The position numbers were made by a program, and so were the translations under genes. Shown in pieces: positions 31,541 through 41,135 of a DNA stretch of 41,334 nt. Each line of letters begins with the position of its first letter. Position 1 is the stretch's first letter. The notes below the pieces were generated by a model that did not search any database, was not told where the DNA came from, and saw only the letters and a program-made list of their open reading frames with translations. Source of the DNA: a virus. The stretch is taken from IMG/VR virus record IMGVR_UViG_3300045988_110748. The stretch is one strand, 5' to 3'.

Positions 31541-32863
31541 ATGAAAAAGACCGCCACAATACCGTGGCAGCCGTTAAGCGAGAAGCATAAGGCATACATT
31601 CTGCGCGGCATGAACGCCCGAATGTGCGTAGCTGAGGGCGCAATCAGAAGCGGAAAGACAATCGACCATTGCATAATGGCGGCGGCATATTTAGAAACGT
31701 GTCCCGACAAGATTCATTTAGCGTCAGGCAGCACCATAGCCAACGCGAAGCTTAATATTGGGGTGTGCAACGGGATTGGCCTTGAAAACCTGTTCCGTGG
31801 GCGTTGCCGCTGGGGGAAGTACAAGGAGAATCAAGCGCTTTTCCTTGCCACTCAGACGGGGGAGAAGATTGTCGTTTTCACGGGTGGGAAGAACTCAGAC
31901 AGTTACAAGCGGATACTGGGTAACTCTTACGGCCTGTGGATAGCCACGGAAATAAACGAGCATTATGACAGTGACGATAGCCGCGAAAGCTTTGTCAAGG
32001 TCGCCAATGGCCGCCAACTTGCAGCCGTGCGGCCTTACACGCTGTGGGACATGAACCCTTGCAGCCCGCGCCACCCGATATACACGGAGTACATAGACAA
32101 GTACCGCGACAACGGCATGAAAGGCTATGTATACGAGCATTTCACAATACGGGATAACCTATCGATAAGCGAGGAACGGCAAGCGGAAATAACCGCGCAA
32201 TATGACCCTAAAACCGTATGGTACAGGCGCGACATACTGGGCGAGAGATGCACGGCGGAGGGGCTTGTGTATCCGAGCTTTGCGGACACGCCCGAAAGGT
32301 ATATCATCGATGCGCCGCCCGCTATCCAGTATGCCAATATCGGCGTGGACTTTGGCGGGACTAAATCCGGCCACGCCTTCACGCTAACGGGCTTCACGCA
32401 CGGATATAAAGAAATTGTGGTACTGGATGAATATTACCATGATAACGCCAAGGACGGCCGCTTCAACCCCGACCAGTTGAACGCGGCCTTTATAGACTTT
32501 GTGCGCAGGGCACAGCAGAAATACAGGGTTGCAATCGCCCGATGCGATAGCGCGGAGCAAACGCTCATTGAGGGCTTACGCTCAGCCGCAAGCAGGGCGG
32601 GCGTGCCGATAGGCATTGAAAATGCGATAAAGGGCGCAATAAACGACCGCATAGCCTTTTACAACTCATTGATGGCGCAGGAGCGGTTTAAGATTATGAG
32701 CCATTGTAAAGCGACAATAGAGGCGTTGCAAACGGCCATATATGACGCGGATAAGATAGACGATGAACGCCTCGACAACGGCACAACGAACATAGACAGC
32801 CTTGACAGTATGGAGTATTCGACAGAGGTTGAGCAGTCGTCGATTATGTACATAAGGAGATAG
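31541..32863 (+). CDS. terL: Terminase large subunit
   Basis: 440 aa. Walker A-like GAIRSGKT. It has a PBSX/Terminase_3-type layout with a C-terminal nuclease region (DSAEQTLIEGL...D). Confidence 0.9.
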   Translation: MKKTATIPWQPLSEKHKAYILRGMNARMCVAEGAIRSGKTIDHCIMAAAYLETCPDKIHLASGSTIANAKLNIGVCNGIGLENLFRGRCRWGKYKENQALFLATQTGEKIVVFTGGKNSDSYKRILGNSYGLWIATEINEHYDSDDSRESFVKVANGRQLAAVRPYTLWDMNPCSPRHPIYTEYIDKYRDNGMKGYVYEHFTIRDNLSISEERQAEITAQYDPKTVWYRRDILGERCTAEGLVYPSFADTPERYIIDAPPAIQYANIGVDFGGTKSGHAFTLTGFTHGYKEIVVLDEYYHDNAKDGRFNPDQLNAAFIDFVRRAQQKYRVAIARCDSAEQTLIEGLRSAASRAGVPIGIENAIKGAINDRIAFYNSLMAQERFKIMSHCKATIEALQTAIYDADKIDDERLDNGTTNIDSLDSMEYSTEVEQSSIMYIRR

Positions 32864-32864
32864 C

Positions 32865-34217
32865 ATGCAAGCAATAACCAAATATTTGACGCGCAACGGG
32901 TACACGGCGGTTGACGATGCCTATTATGCGCAAATCGCCCTGTGGCAATCATGGTATCAGGGCAAGGTGAACAGCTTCCACACTTACACGCAGTACAACG
33001 GACAGCGCAAGGTAAAGCGGCAGCGCAAGACAATGGGAATGGCTAAACGTTTCTGCGAGGACTGGGCGGCGTTGCTGCTGAACGAAAAGGTGCGCATAAA
33101 TGTAGGCAACCAGACGGCGCAAACAGCGATTGACGAGATACTAAAAAACAACCGCTTTAGCGTGCGCGGAAATCAGCTCATTGAACTGGCCTTTGCTCTT
33201 GGCACGGGCGCGTTTGTCGAATACCTTGATAACGGCGAGGTGGTAATTGATTATGTGCGCGGCAGCATGGTGTATCCGCTGGCGTGGGACAATGGTGTTA
33301 TAACCGAGTGCGCCTTTGCGTCTGAGCGCAAGCTGGGTGCGGAGAAGTATATATACCTGAATATCCACCGCAAGGACGGGCAAGGGCGGTACGTTGTCGA
33401 AAACAAAATGTTCCGCCGTAACGGTGACACCATAAGCCCCGCCGACCTTCCCGAGGGCGTAGCGGACGAGGTGGTGACGGGTTCAGAGATACCGTTCTAC
33501 CAGATAATCACGCCGAATATCGTCAACAACGCGGACTTATCGTCCCCTATGGGCATATCGGTATACGCCAACGCAATAGACAACCTCCAAAACATAGACC
33601 TTGTTTTTGATGCGTATGATAACGAGTTCCGGCTCGGGAAAAAGCGTGTGCTTGTCCCGCTTACACTGACACAGACCACAATGGCCGACAGCGGGGTAAC
33701 AAAGCCCGTTTTCGATGATAATGACGTTGAATTTTATGTGATTGATACCGGAGAGCAGAACACGCAGAAAATTGAGGAAATGAACGGCGCATTGCGGTAT
33801 GACGCTTTTGAGGCGGGCATAAAGACCGCTATAAACCTTGCGGCCTATAAATGCGGCTTTGGTGAAAATCGATACCGCTTTGAGGGCGGCACGGCTATGA
33901 CCGCAACGCAAGTAATATCACAGGACAGCGACCTTTTCCGCAATCTGAAAAAGCACGAGCTTATACTCGATGCGGCCTTGCAGGGGCTTATAAAGGCTAT
34001 CGCGCAGATGGCGGGCATAGGCATAGGCGAAATAACGATTGAATTTGACGATAGTATCATCGAGGACGAGGACAAAGAGCGGCAACGGTTTATGCAAGAG
34101 ATACGCGAAGGGCTGAGACAGCCGTGGGAATACCGCGTCAAGTACTTTGGCGAAGATGAAGAGACGGCGAAAGCTATGACAGCAGTAAGCACTATAAATG
34201 AAGGGTATAGCGAATAA
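32865..34217 (+). CDS. Portal protein (SPP1 gp6-like)
   Basis: 450 aa, immediately after terL and before the MuF-like gene. It has an acidic C-terminus. Confidence 0.85.
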   Translation: MQAITKYLTRNGYTAVDDAYYAQIALWQSWYQGKVNSFHTYTQYNGQRKVKRQRKTMGMAKRFCEDWAALLLNEKVRINVGNQTAQTAIDEILKNNRFSVRGNQLIELAFALGTGAFVEYLDNGEVVIDYVRGSMVYPLAWDNGVITECAFASERKLGAEKYIYLNIHRKDGQGRYVVENKMFRRNGDTISPADLPEGVADEVVTGSEIPFYQIITPNIVNNADLSSPMGISVYANAIDNLQNIDLVFDAYDNEFRLGKKRVLVPLTLTQTTMADSGVTKPVFDDNDVEFYVIDTGEQNTQKIEEMNGALRYDAFEAGIKTAINLAAYKCGFGENRYRFEGGTAMTATQVISQDSDLFRNLKKHELILDAALQGLIKAIAQMAGIGIGEITIEFDDSIIEDEDKERQRFMQEIREGLRQPWEYRVKYFGEDEETAKAMTAVSTINEGYSE

Positions 34218-35329
34218 TGCTTACGCCTGAATATATAGACCATGCGCCCGATGAACTTGTCGAACTGTATAGACAGGCCGAAGACGATATATTACGGGAT
34301 ATGGCAAAACGCATTAACAACGCAGACCTATATATCCCGTCCACGCAATGGCAAGAACGGAAGTTACAGGCGATGGGTTTAACCCATCAAGAAATAGTGC
34401 GGCGGCTGGCGGCATTAACCCGCAAGAGCAACGCGGAAATAGAGAGCATCATAAGCGATGCAGGAGCGCGGGCGTTAAGCCTTGACGCGGACGTTATGCA
34501 GACCTATAAGGGCATATCATCCGCACCATGGGTAAAAACGCTGATTGCAACAGGTGTAACGCGCACACAAGGTACGTTTAAGAATCTTACCCTTACCACG
34601 GCAAAAACCGCTACAGCGCAATTTGAGCGGGTTTTAGACCGTGCATACATGCAAGTCAGTACGGGCGCATTTGCGCAGGACAAGGCCGTATTGATGGCAG
34701 TCAAAGACCTATGTGCGAGGGGCGTTGAGGCTATTACATACCCCACAGGCCGCAAGGAATATGTTGATGTTGCTGTGCGGCGGTCGATAATTACGGGGCT
34801 AAACCAAACGGCGGGCGAGGTGTCCGACAGGTTTGCCCGCGAATATGATTACGACCTTGTGGAGGTGTCAGCCCACGCGGGCGCAAGGCCGTCACATGCC
34901 GAATGGCAGGGCAAGGTATACAGCCGGAAGGGCAAGACGGAGAAGTATGAGGACTTCTATACCGCCACGGGATACGGCACGGGAGCGGGGCTGTGCGGAT
35001 GGAATTGCCGCCACTCCTTCAGCGCATATCAGGAGGGACAGGCGCGGGCGTACACCCCCGAAATGCTGGCCAAGTTTGAAGCGAAGGATTACAGCTATAA
35101 CGGCAAGGCCATGACGGAGTATGAGGCCACGCAGAAGCAGCGATACATTGAGCGGCAGATAAGGCGCTATAAGCGTGAAGCAATGGCCACAAGGGACATA
35201 GGGCAGGACGCGGAAGCAGCCGAAGCGAAGGTGCATGAATGGCAAAAACGCTTGACCGACTTTTGCCGACAGACAGGACTTAAAAAGAGTTTCCCCCGCG
35301 CGGTTGTGCCGGGGTATGGGCGCGATTAA
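34217..35329 (+). CDS. Head morphogenesis / minor capsid protein (Phage_Mu_F, SPP1 gp7-like)
   Basis: PSHAEWQGKVYS...GLCGWNCRHSF is the MuF-family signature. It lies after the portal gene. Confidence 0.85.
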   Translation: MLTPEYIDHAPDELVELYRQAEDDILRDMAKRINNADLYIPSTQWQERKLQAMGLTHQEIVRRLAALTRKSNAEIESIISDAGARALSLDADVMQTYKGISSAPWVKTLIATGVTRTQGTFKNLTLTTAKTATAQFERVLDRAYMQVSTGAFAQDKAVLMAVKDLCARGVEAITYPTGRKEYVDVAVRRSIITGLNQTAGEVSDRFAREYDYDLVEVSAHAGARPSHAEWQGKVYSRKGKTEKYEDFYTATGYGTGAGLCGWNCRHSFSAYQEGQARAYTPEMLAKFEAKDYSYNGKAMTEYEATQKQRYIERQIRRYKREAMATRDIGQDAEAAEAKVHEWQKRLTDFCRQTGLKKSFPRAVVPGYGRD

Positions 35330-35449
35330 CACCGCGCTTTTTCTATGCACAAAATCCCGCAAGGGTTTTGGATATATCACGCGCAAGCGGGCTGACGAGC
35401 ATTATACGGATTATAGAGCCGACGGGCTGAAAACGGAAAAAGGAGAAAA

Positions 35450-35986
35450 ATGGCAGAAGAAAACAACCAGAACCAGCAGCAGAACCAGCCGAACGCGGAA
35501 CAGATAGCTAACAGCATTGTGGCCGCGATAGAGGCAAGGAGCAAGCGGACGGAAAACGGCATAGTGAAAAGCTATGCGGAGCAGTACGGTATGACGGAAG
35601 CCGAAATCACGCAGATTCTTGATAGCGCGAAGAAGCAGAAGGCGGCACAGCCTACACCGGAGCAGCAAGCCGCAATGGACAAGCGGCTTGAAATGGCGAA
35701 TGGGCGTTTGATATCTGCCGAGATAAAGGCCGTCGGCGGCAACCTTGGGCTTTTGGACGCGGACGCGGCAAGCGCACTGATGGACAAATCCAAAGTAAAA
35801 GTTAAAGACGATGGCACAGTAGAGGGCGTGAAAGAAGCCCTTGAAGCACTGAAGAAAAGCAAGCCTTACCTTTTCAACGCCGCGCCCCAAAGGACGGGAA
35901 TGCGGCAGAACGGAACGGAGGGCAAAGAACCCCCGCACGCGGCGGCTAACGCGGCCTTGCGTGCTTTGTTTATGAAAGGAGAATAA
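35450..35986 (+). CDS. Scaffolding protein
   Basis: 178 aa, helical and charged, with a Gln-rich N-terminus. It lies directly upstream of the major capsid gene. Confidence 0.7.
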   Translation: MAEENNQNQQQNQPNAEQIANSIVAAIEARSKRTENGIVKSYAEQYGMTEAEITQILDSAKKQKAAQPTPEQQAAMDKRLEMANGRLISAEIKAVGGNLGLLDADAASALMDKSKVKVKDDGTVEGVKEALEALKKSKPYLFNAAPQRTGMRQNGTEGKEPPHAAANAALRALFMKGE

Positions 35987-35992
35987 AAACAC

Positions 35993-37168
35993 ATGGCAAT
36001 AATTGACAGAAGCGCGGCAGAAGCCCTTATACAGGAGCAGATTGTAGCGGAGATTTTCCAGAAGCCTGTAGAGGATTCGACCTTCCTGCGGCTTGCCCGC
36101 CGTATGCCCGACATGACGTCCAACCAGACCCGCATAAGGGTACTTGATACCCTGCCCATGGCCTACTGGGTATCGGGCGACACGGGCTTTAAGCAGACCG
36201 CCGAACAGGCGTGGGACAACGTATACATCAATGCTGAGGAGCTGGCGGTTATAGTCCCCATCCCCGAAGCCGTACTGGCCGATGCGTCCATAGACATAAT
36301 GGCGCAGGTAACGCCGCGTGTGCGTGAGCAGTTTGGCCGCATGGTTGACCTTGCGACCATTTTCGGTATAAATAAGCCCGCGTCTTGGCGTGCCGACATA
36401 ATTACGACCGCACGACAGGCGGGCAACAACGTGACTGGCGGCACTCTGACTTATGATAACCTTCTGGGCGAGGGCGGCCTCTTTGAGAAGGTTGAAGTCG
36501 GCGGCAACGCCATTAACGGCGTAGTTGCTGCCCTTGCCGCTCGTGCCAAACTGCGCGGCATAAAGACCACGGACGGCCTCCCCATCTTCAAGGCGGATTC
36601 CATGCAGGGCGTGACCAATTATGCCCTTGACGGTGCGCCCGTATACTTCCCCACCAACGGCGGCTTTGACCCCTCCGTTGCGCTTATGATAGCGGGTGAC
36701 TGGAATCAGGCGGTATACGCTATCCGTCAGGACGTGACCGTTAAGATACTCGACCAGGCGATTATACAAGACCCGTCCAGCAAGGCTATTGTCTATAACC
36801 TTGCACAGCAGGACATGATTGCCTTGCGCGTGGTTTTCCGTATGGGCTGGGCGCTGCCTAATCCCGTATCCGCGATAGACGCTGGCCGCACCATGTGCCC
36901 GTTTGCCTATATCGAGCCTACCACCGCCGTTACCACGCAGAAAGTAACCTTTACCGTTACCGATGGCGCGACCTCACCCGCCGCGATAGCTGGCGCGAAG
37001 GTTGAGGTTGACGGGGTGCGCAAGATTACCGGAGCAGACGGCAAGGCCGAATTTAATCTGCGCAAGGGAACCTACGCCTACAAGGTGAGCAAGAAGGACG
37101 CGACCACCGTGACCGGATCCGTGACCGTTGCGGCGGCTGCCGTCAATGAAGCCGTTACCCTGAAATAA
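35993..37168 (+). CDS. Major capsid protein with C-terminal Ig/CarboxypepD_reg-like beta domain
   Basis: 391 aa after the scaffold gene. The C-terminal ~85 aa (KVTFTVTDGATSPAAIAGAKVEVDGVRKITGADGKAEFNLRKGTYAYKVSKKDATTVTGSVTV) form a decoration-type beta-sandwich pattern. Confidence 0.85.
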   Translation: MAIIDRSAAEALIQEQIVAEIFQKPVEDSTFLRLARRMPDMTSNQTRIRVLDTLPMAYWVSGDTGFKQTAEQAWDNVYINAEELAVIVPIPEAVLADASIDIMAQVTPRVREQFGRMVDLATIFGINKPASWRADIITTARQAGNNVTGGTLTYDNLLGEGGLFEKVEVGGNAINGVVAALAARAKLRGIKTTDGLPIFKADSMQGVTNYALDGAPVYFPTNGGFDPSVALMIAGDWNQAVYAIRQDVTVKILDQAIIQDPSSKAIVYNLAQQDMIALRVVFRMGWALPNPVSAIDAGRTMCPFAYIEPTTAVTTQKVTFTVTDGATSPAAIAGAKVEVDGVRKITGADGKAEFNLRKGTYAYKVSKKDATTVTGSVTVAAAAVNEAVTLK

Positions 37169-37217
37169 TCTTTGAATGCGGCGGGGCTAAAAACCCCGCC
37201 GAGTTAAGGAGGTAAAG

Positions 37218-37616
37218 ATGTGCCCGAATATGTATTTGAGCCTACAGGACTATATCCGCTTTGGGGGTAATGTATCCATACACGCGGAAGAATACAGCCG
37301 CATTGAATACGCTGCCCGCAGAAGGATTGACCTATACACCTTTGGGCGCGTAAAGCATATGCGGGAAGTGCCCGAAGCCGTAAAGCGGCTAATGTTCGAG
37401 CTGATACACCCGCAAGCCACGAGCGCGGCAACCACGAACGGCACCGCGCCTGTTGCGTCTTTCAGCACGGACGGATATAGCGAAACCTATGTAAACACGC
37501 ATACCTCCGAATATCTCAGGTATAGCGGTCAGAAAGAAAAAGCGCTCATATACGAGTATTTGGCGGGTGTGACCGATGATAACGGCGTTGCCCTGCTATA
37601 TAGCGGAGGTGCGTGA
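37218..37616 (+). CDS. Head-tail connector/adaptor protein (putative)
   Basis: RBS AAGGAGG. It is the first gene after the capsid gene. The call is positional. Confidence 0.55.
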   Translation: MCPNMYLSLQDYIRFGGNVSIHAEEYSRIEYAARRRIDLYTFGRVKHMREVPEAVKRLMFELIHPQATSAATTNGTAPVASFSTDGYSETYVNTHTSEYLRYSGQKEKALIYEYLAGVTDDNGVALLYSGGA

Positions 37617-37617
37617 A

Positions 37618-37968
37618 ATGCAGTTGTGCAATGATACCGCAAGCCTTTTCAATAAGCTGCCCGATGGTCAGCGCGGATACACATGGCGAAAGACCCTGCT
37701 ACGGGGCGTATCATGGTACGCCAAGGACATATCCAGCGTGACCAATGACGGCTTACAGACCGCGCGGCAATTTATAGTCCGCATACCCGACACAACGGGA
37801 TACGGGGACAAATGGACGCTGCACACTGGTGACTATATGGTAAAGGGGGACGTGGAATACACCCCCGCAATGGCCGAGGCATACGCGCCCGATGTTATGA
37901 CCGTGACCGCCGTTATTGACAACCGCCGCGCCCCGAACGCCCCGCATATAAAGGTGCTTGGCGCATGA
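37618..37968 (+). CDS. Head closure / head-tail joining protein (putative)
   Basis: ATG at 37618 after GGAGGTG. The call is positional. Confidence 0.5.
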   Translation: MQLCNDTASLFNKLPDGQRGYTWRKTLLRGVSWYAKDISSVTNDGLQTARQFIVRIPDTTGYGDKWTLHTGDYMVKGDVEYTPAMAEAYAPDVMTVTAVIDNRRAPNAPHIKVLGA

Positions 37969-38405
37969 TTATAAAGGCTGAATTTAGGTGGAACAAAAGC
38001 GTTGAGCAGCTTTTACGCGACCGCAACCTTGAAAGCGGCGGCAAGGTGCAAGCGGCGATTGATAATGCCGTTTTGCGGTACATAGACCCATATGTGCCTA
38101 TGGAGACGGGCGTTTTCAAGAGCAAGGCGCGGCAGGATTCAAGCCCCGGCAAAATCGTGTACAATGACCCACGGGCGCGGTATTTGTACTACGGCGAGGT
38201 ATACGGGCCCAATATCCCGCGTTTTGAGGGCGGGGAGCTTGTGGGCTTTTTCTCGCCAAAGGGACAGCCGAAGCACCCGACAGGGCGCGAACTGCACTAC
38301 CGCGGGGAGCCGATGCGTGGGGCGTTTTGGTTTGAGCGCATGAAAGCCGACCACGGCAAGGACATTTTGAAGGAGGCGCAGGATGCCGCAAATAAACAAT
38401 ATTAG
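37965..38405 (+). CDS. Tail-completion/neck protein (putative, HK97 gp10-like position)
   Basis: ATGA coupling. The call is positional. Confidence 0.5.
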   Translation: MIIKAEFRWNKSVEQLLRDRNLESGGKVQAAIDNAVLRYIDPYVPMETGVFKSKARQDSSPGKIVYNDPRARYLYYGEVYGPNIPRFEGGELVGFFSPKGQPKHPTGRELHYRGEPMRGAFWFERMKADHGKDILKEAQDAANKQY

Positions 38406-38820
38406 CCAGTTACGGAGCTGGCTTTTCGGTTGCCCCGCCATACCCCAAAATGCGGCCATATCCATTGATTACATGGACGGAAGCGCGGCTGAATATGCCA
38501 TATACTCTGTGCCCTCAAGCATAAGATACCACGAGAACGTGCTCGGGGAATACGTGCCTGATGATATACAATCCGTGGACTATATCTTGTGCTCAAGCGA
38601 GAATTACGGCGCGGACATAGAGAGGAACGCAGACAATCTCGGCATATACCAAAAAATTGTAAGCTGGATTATAGCGCAGAATGCGGCGCGGAAATTCCCC
38701 AAATGGGCGGATGGGACTATACAAAGCCTTGTCCCGACACTCACGGCAAACCCGACACAGGCGGGCGCGAACGTAGCCCGCTATCAGATAAACATCAAAG
38801 TGACTTACAGGAGGCTATAA
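38383..38820 (+). CDS. Tail terminator-like protein (putative)
   Basis: It lies immediately upstream of the major tail gene. The call is positional. Confidence 0.5.
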   Translation: MPQINNISQLRSWLFGCPAIPQNAAISIDYMDGSAAEYAIYSVPSSIRYHENVLGEYVPDDIQSVDYILCSSENYGADIERNADNLGIYQKIVSWIIAQNAARKFPKWADGTIQSLVPTLTANPTQAGANVARYQINIKVTYRRL

Positions 38821-39348
38821 ATGGCAAAGAAACCAAGAAAAGCATTTTTACAGGCCGTGGCATACAGCACGGACGCAACCGTTTCCGTTGAGAAACTTTC
38901 GGCGGCGCAGTGGAGCGTGCTCGGCCACGATACGGACGATTTGTCCCATGAGATGAACCCCGACACAAGCACCAGCAAGAATGTCCTCGGCGAATCGCGC
39001 TTTGTGCATAACGGCTATGAACCGGAAGTATCCGTTGACACCTTCTACGCCGATGCGGACGAGGCTATCTATGAAACTCTGGTCAAGAACGCCATGACCG
39101 AGGATTTCAGCGAGGCAAACAACACGGGCTATTACGCCAAGTGCGAACTCGACACCTTCACCGAAGGAACCACCACGGCCACGGGCACGGCATATGTACA
39201 GCGTTGCTGGATAATCCCGCAGTCCATGGGCGGCGATACTTCCGGTTTCCAAATTCCCTTCAACGTCAACCCGTTCGGCGCGGTGCAGAAGTTTAACGTG
39301 TCCTATAACTGGACTACCTACGCCGTGACCTTTACAGCGGCTTCCTAA
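38821..39348 (+). CDS. Major tail protein (putative)
   Basis: 175 aa, beta-rich and acidic. It occupies the canonical position before the chaperone genes. Confidence 0.65.
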   Translation: MAKKPRKAFLQAVAYSTDATVSVEKLSAAQWSVLGHDTDDLSHEMNPDTSTSKNVLGESRFVHNGYEPEVSVDTFYADADEAIYETLVKNAMTEDFSEANNTGYYAKCELDTFTEGTTTATGTAYVQRCWIIPQSMGGDTSGFQIPFNVNPFGAVQKFNVSYNWTTYAVTFTAAS

Positions 39349-39404
39349 GGCGTTGCAACGGGGCTGTACGGCGTTTATCCTCCCGCCGTGGTATAAATCC
39401 CCGC

Positions 39405-39434
39405 TTGACAACATACCCCCGCAGGGTCGATAAT
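39405..39434 (+). promoter_or_regulatory. Moron promoter
   Basis: TTGACA (39405-39410), 18 nt, GATAAT (39429-39434). It lies in the 116-bp gap after the major tail gene. Confidence 0.55.
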
Positions 39435-39464
39435 AAGGCATCAATTCTGTGGGGGTAAAGTTTT

Positions 39465-40067
39465 GTGAAGTGTAAGAAGTGCGGCGCGGAGGTCAAGGGC
39501 AACTATTGCCCGAATTGCGGGGCGAAGGTTGAAAAGTCGAATGCCAAGACGGTGATTATAATTGTTGCGGCGGTATGCGCAATAATATTGATACGGGCTT
39601 GCATGTCGGGTATTGTAATTGCAGACCTTAACGAGCCTGATAAAACACCGTTGCCGTTGACCACGGCTGAACCGACTGCCGAGCCCCATATATATGTATT
39701 GGAGACAAGCGCAATCAAGGTGCAATATGTGTCGCATGAGCTTGTAACTAATTACGATAACGAGACGCTCCTATTGGTCAAATTTGAATATACAAACAAG
39801 GCCAAAGACCCGAAATCGTTTGGCTGGGCAACAACTATTAAGGCATACCAAGACGGCGTTGAAATTGAGAGTAGCCCCGTGTCGTGGCTTAAAAGCGAAA
39901 CACCGGTAGAATGTCAAAACCGATGGTTGGAGGTGCAACAGGGTACAACAATAACAGCCGCAGAGACATTTAAGCTGAGAGACATGGAATCCCCTGTGGA
40001 TATAACGGTAATGGAATGGCCGGGCATAGGGAGCGAAAAAACGGAACTGACGCTGGATATTAAGTGA
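39465..40067 (+). CDS. Zinc-ribbon + TM + extracellular beta-domain (DUF4352-like) membrane protein
   Basis: GTG start after GGGGGTAAAG. The zinc ribbon is CKKCGAEVKGNYCPNCGAKV. The TM is TVIIIVAAVCAIILIRACMSGIVI. A beta-rich ectodomain follows. Confidence 0.7.
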   Translation: MKCKKCGAEVKGNYCPNCGAKVEKSNAKTVIIIVAAVCAIILIRACMSGIVIADLNEPDKTPLPLTTAEPTAEPHIYVLETSAIKVQYVSHELVTNYDNETLLLVKFEYTNKAKDPKSFGWATTIKAYQDGVEIESSPVSWLKSETPVECQNRWLEVQQGTTITAAETFKLRDMESPVDITVMEWPGIGSEKTELTLDIK

Positions 40068-40082
40068 TTGGGGAATTAAACT

Positions 40083-40697
40083 GTGAGAATAGTTGAATTG
40101 AAGTGCCCGAATTGCAATGGCGATATTACGTTAAACACGGATAGAAACTTTGCTTTCTGCCCATACTGTGGGACGCGGTTAAAGGTTGAGGAGGCGCAGC
40201 AAATCCCCGACACAATTAAGGTTAATCGTGAATGGGAAGCTAATAACTACGTTCTTCGGGCGCAGGAATATGAGCGTGTCGGGGATATAGATAACGCGGA
40301 AATTTACTATAACCGTGCGCTTGACGCTGACGTTAATAATGCGAGGGCACGCGACGGCTATAATCGTATGCAACGAATTATAACCGAACACAATGTATCA
40401 ATACAGTATATCCAATCGAGTTCCGACCCGCTTGTAAGGCTGATTGTCAAAGAGGCGGGGCAGACCTTATGCAAGATAAGACGCGGTGAAGGGATGAACC
40501 TTTTGCTGCCTATCGGCGAACACCCGCTTTTGTTTTATCAGGGCGGCAGCCCTAAAGCATATGTACGAGTAACAATTAAGACCCGCCACGACAGAGCCAA
40601 GATATACACTCAGGCGGGTATGTTTTGGAATAAGACTTCTGCGGAAGGTGTGGCCGAGGTAATGACTAAAAAAGCAATGTATAAGATAAGAAACTAA
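40083..40697 (+). CDS. Zinc-ribbon protein with TPR-like helix pair
   Basis: GTG start. The zinc ribbon is CPNCNGDITLNTDRNFAFCPYCGTRL, followed by AQEYERVGDIDNAEIYYNRALDADVNNARA. Confidence 0.65.
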   Translation: MRIVELKCPNCNGDITLNTDRNFAFCPYCGTRLKVEEAQQIPDTIKVNREWEANNYVLRAQEYERVGDIDNAEIYYNRALDADVNNARARDGYNRMQRIITEHNVSIQYIQSSSDPLVRLIVKEAGQTLCKIRRGEGMNLLLPIGEHPLLFYQGGSPKAYVRVTIKTRHDRAKIYTQAGMFWNKTSAEGVAEVMTKKAMYKIRN

Positions 40698-40706
40698 GGA
40701 GATAAC

Positions 40707-41135
40707 ATGGCAACACTATCTTTTGAAACTGGCATAAAAACATTTGATATAAACGGCGACCCGAACAGGGTCGTTTCTTTTAACCCTTCTGACCTTAATT
40801 TTATCCATCGTCTGTACGATGGATACATGAAACTTGATGCTTTGCAGCGCAAGTATAGCCTGCAAGCGGATAAGGCGCAAGAAGCAACCAAGATGATGGC
40901 AATAGCACATGAAGCCGACATCGAAATACGGAAGGTTATAGACGGCATATTCGGCACGCCCGTATCGGGTATAGTGTTCGATGGGCAAGCAACAAACGCC
41001 ATTACTGGGGACGGTTGCCCGCTGTGGCTTGGCTTTTTGGTAGCAATAATGGCTAACTGCGACGAGACAGTAACCGAGCGCGAAAACGCGAAAAACCCCA
41101 AACTTGAAGCCCTCATTGCCAAGTATAATAAATGA
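40707..41135 (+). CDS. Tail assembly chaperone (putative)
   Basis: RBS AAGGAGA. 142 aa and acidic. It lies two genes upstream of the tape measure. Confidence 0.6.
   Translation: MATLSFETGIKTFDINGDPNRVVSFNPSDLNFIHRLYDGYMKLDALQRKYSLQADKAQEATKMMAIAHEADIEIRKVIDGIFGTPVSGIVFDGQATNAITGDGCPLWLGFLVAIMANCDETVTERENAKNPKLEALIAKYNK

Noticed and set aside
35411-36769. 452-aa ORF on the - strand, the longest antisense ORF in the window
   Set aside because: It lies entirely antisense to the scaffold and major capsid genes. It has Arg/Leu/Gly/Tyr-heavy shadow-frame composition, no RBS and no operon context. It is an artefact of the GC-rich coding strand.
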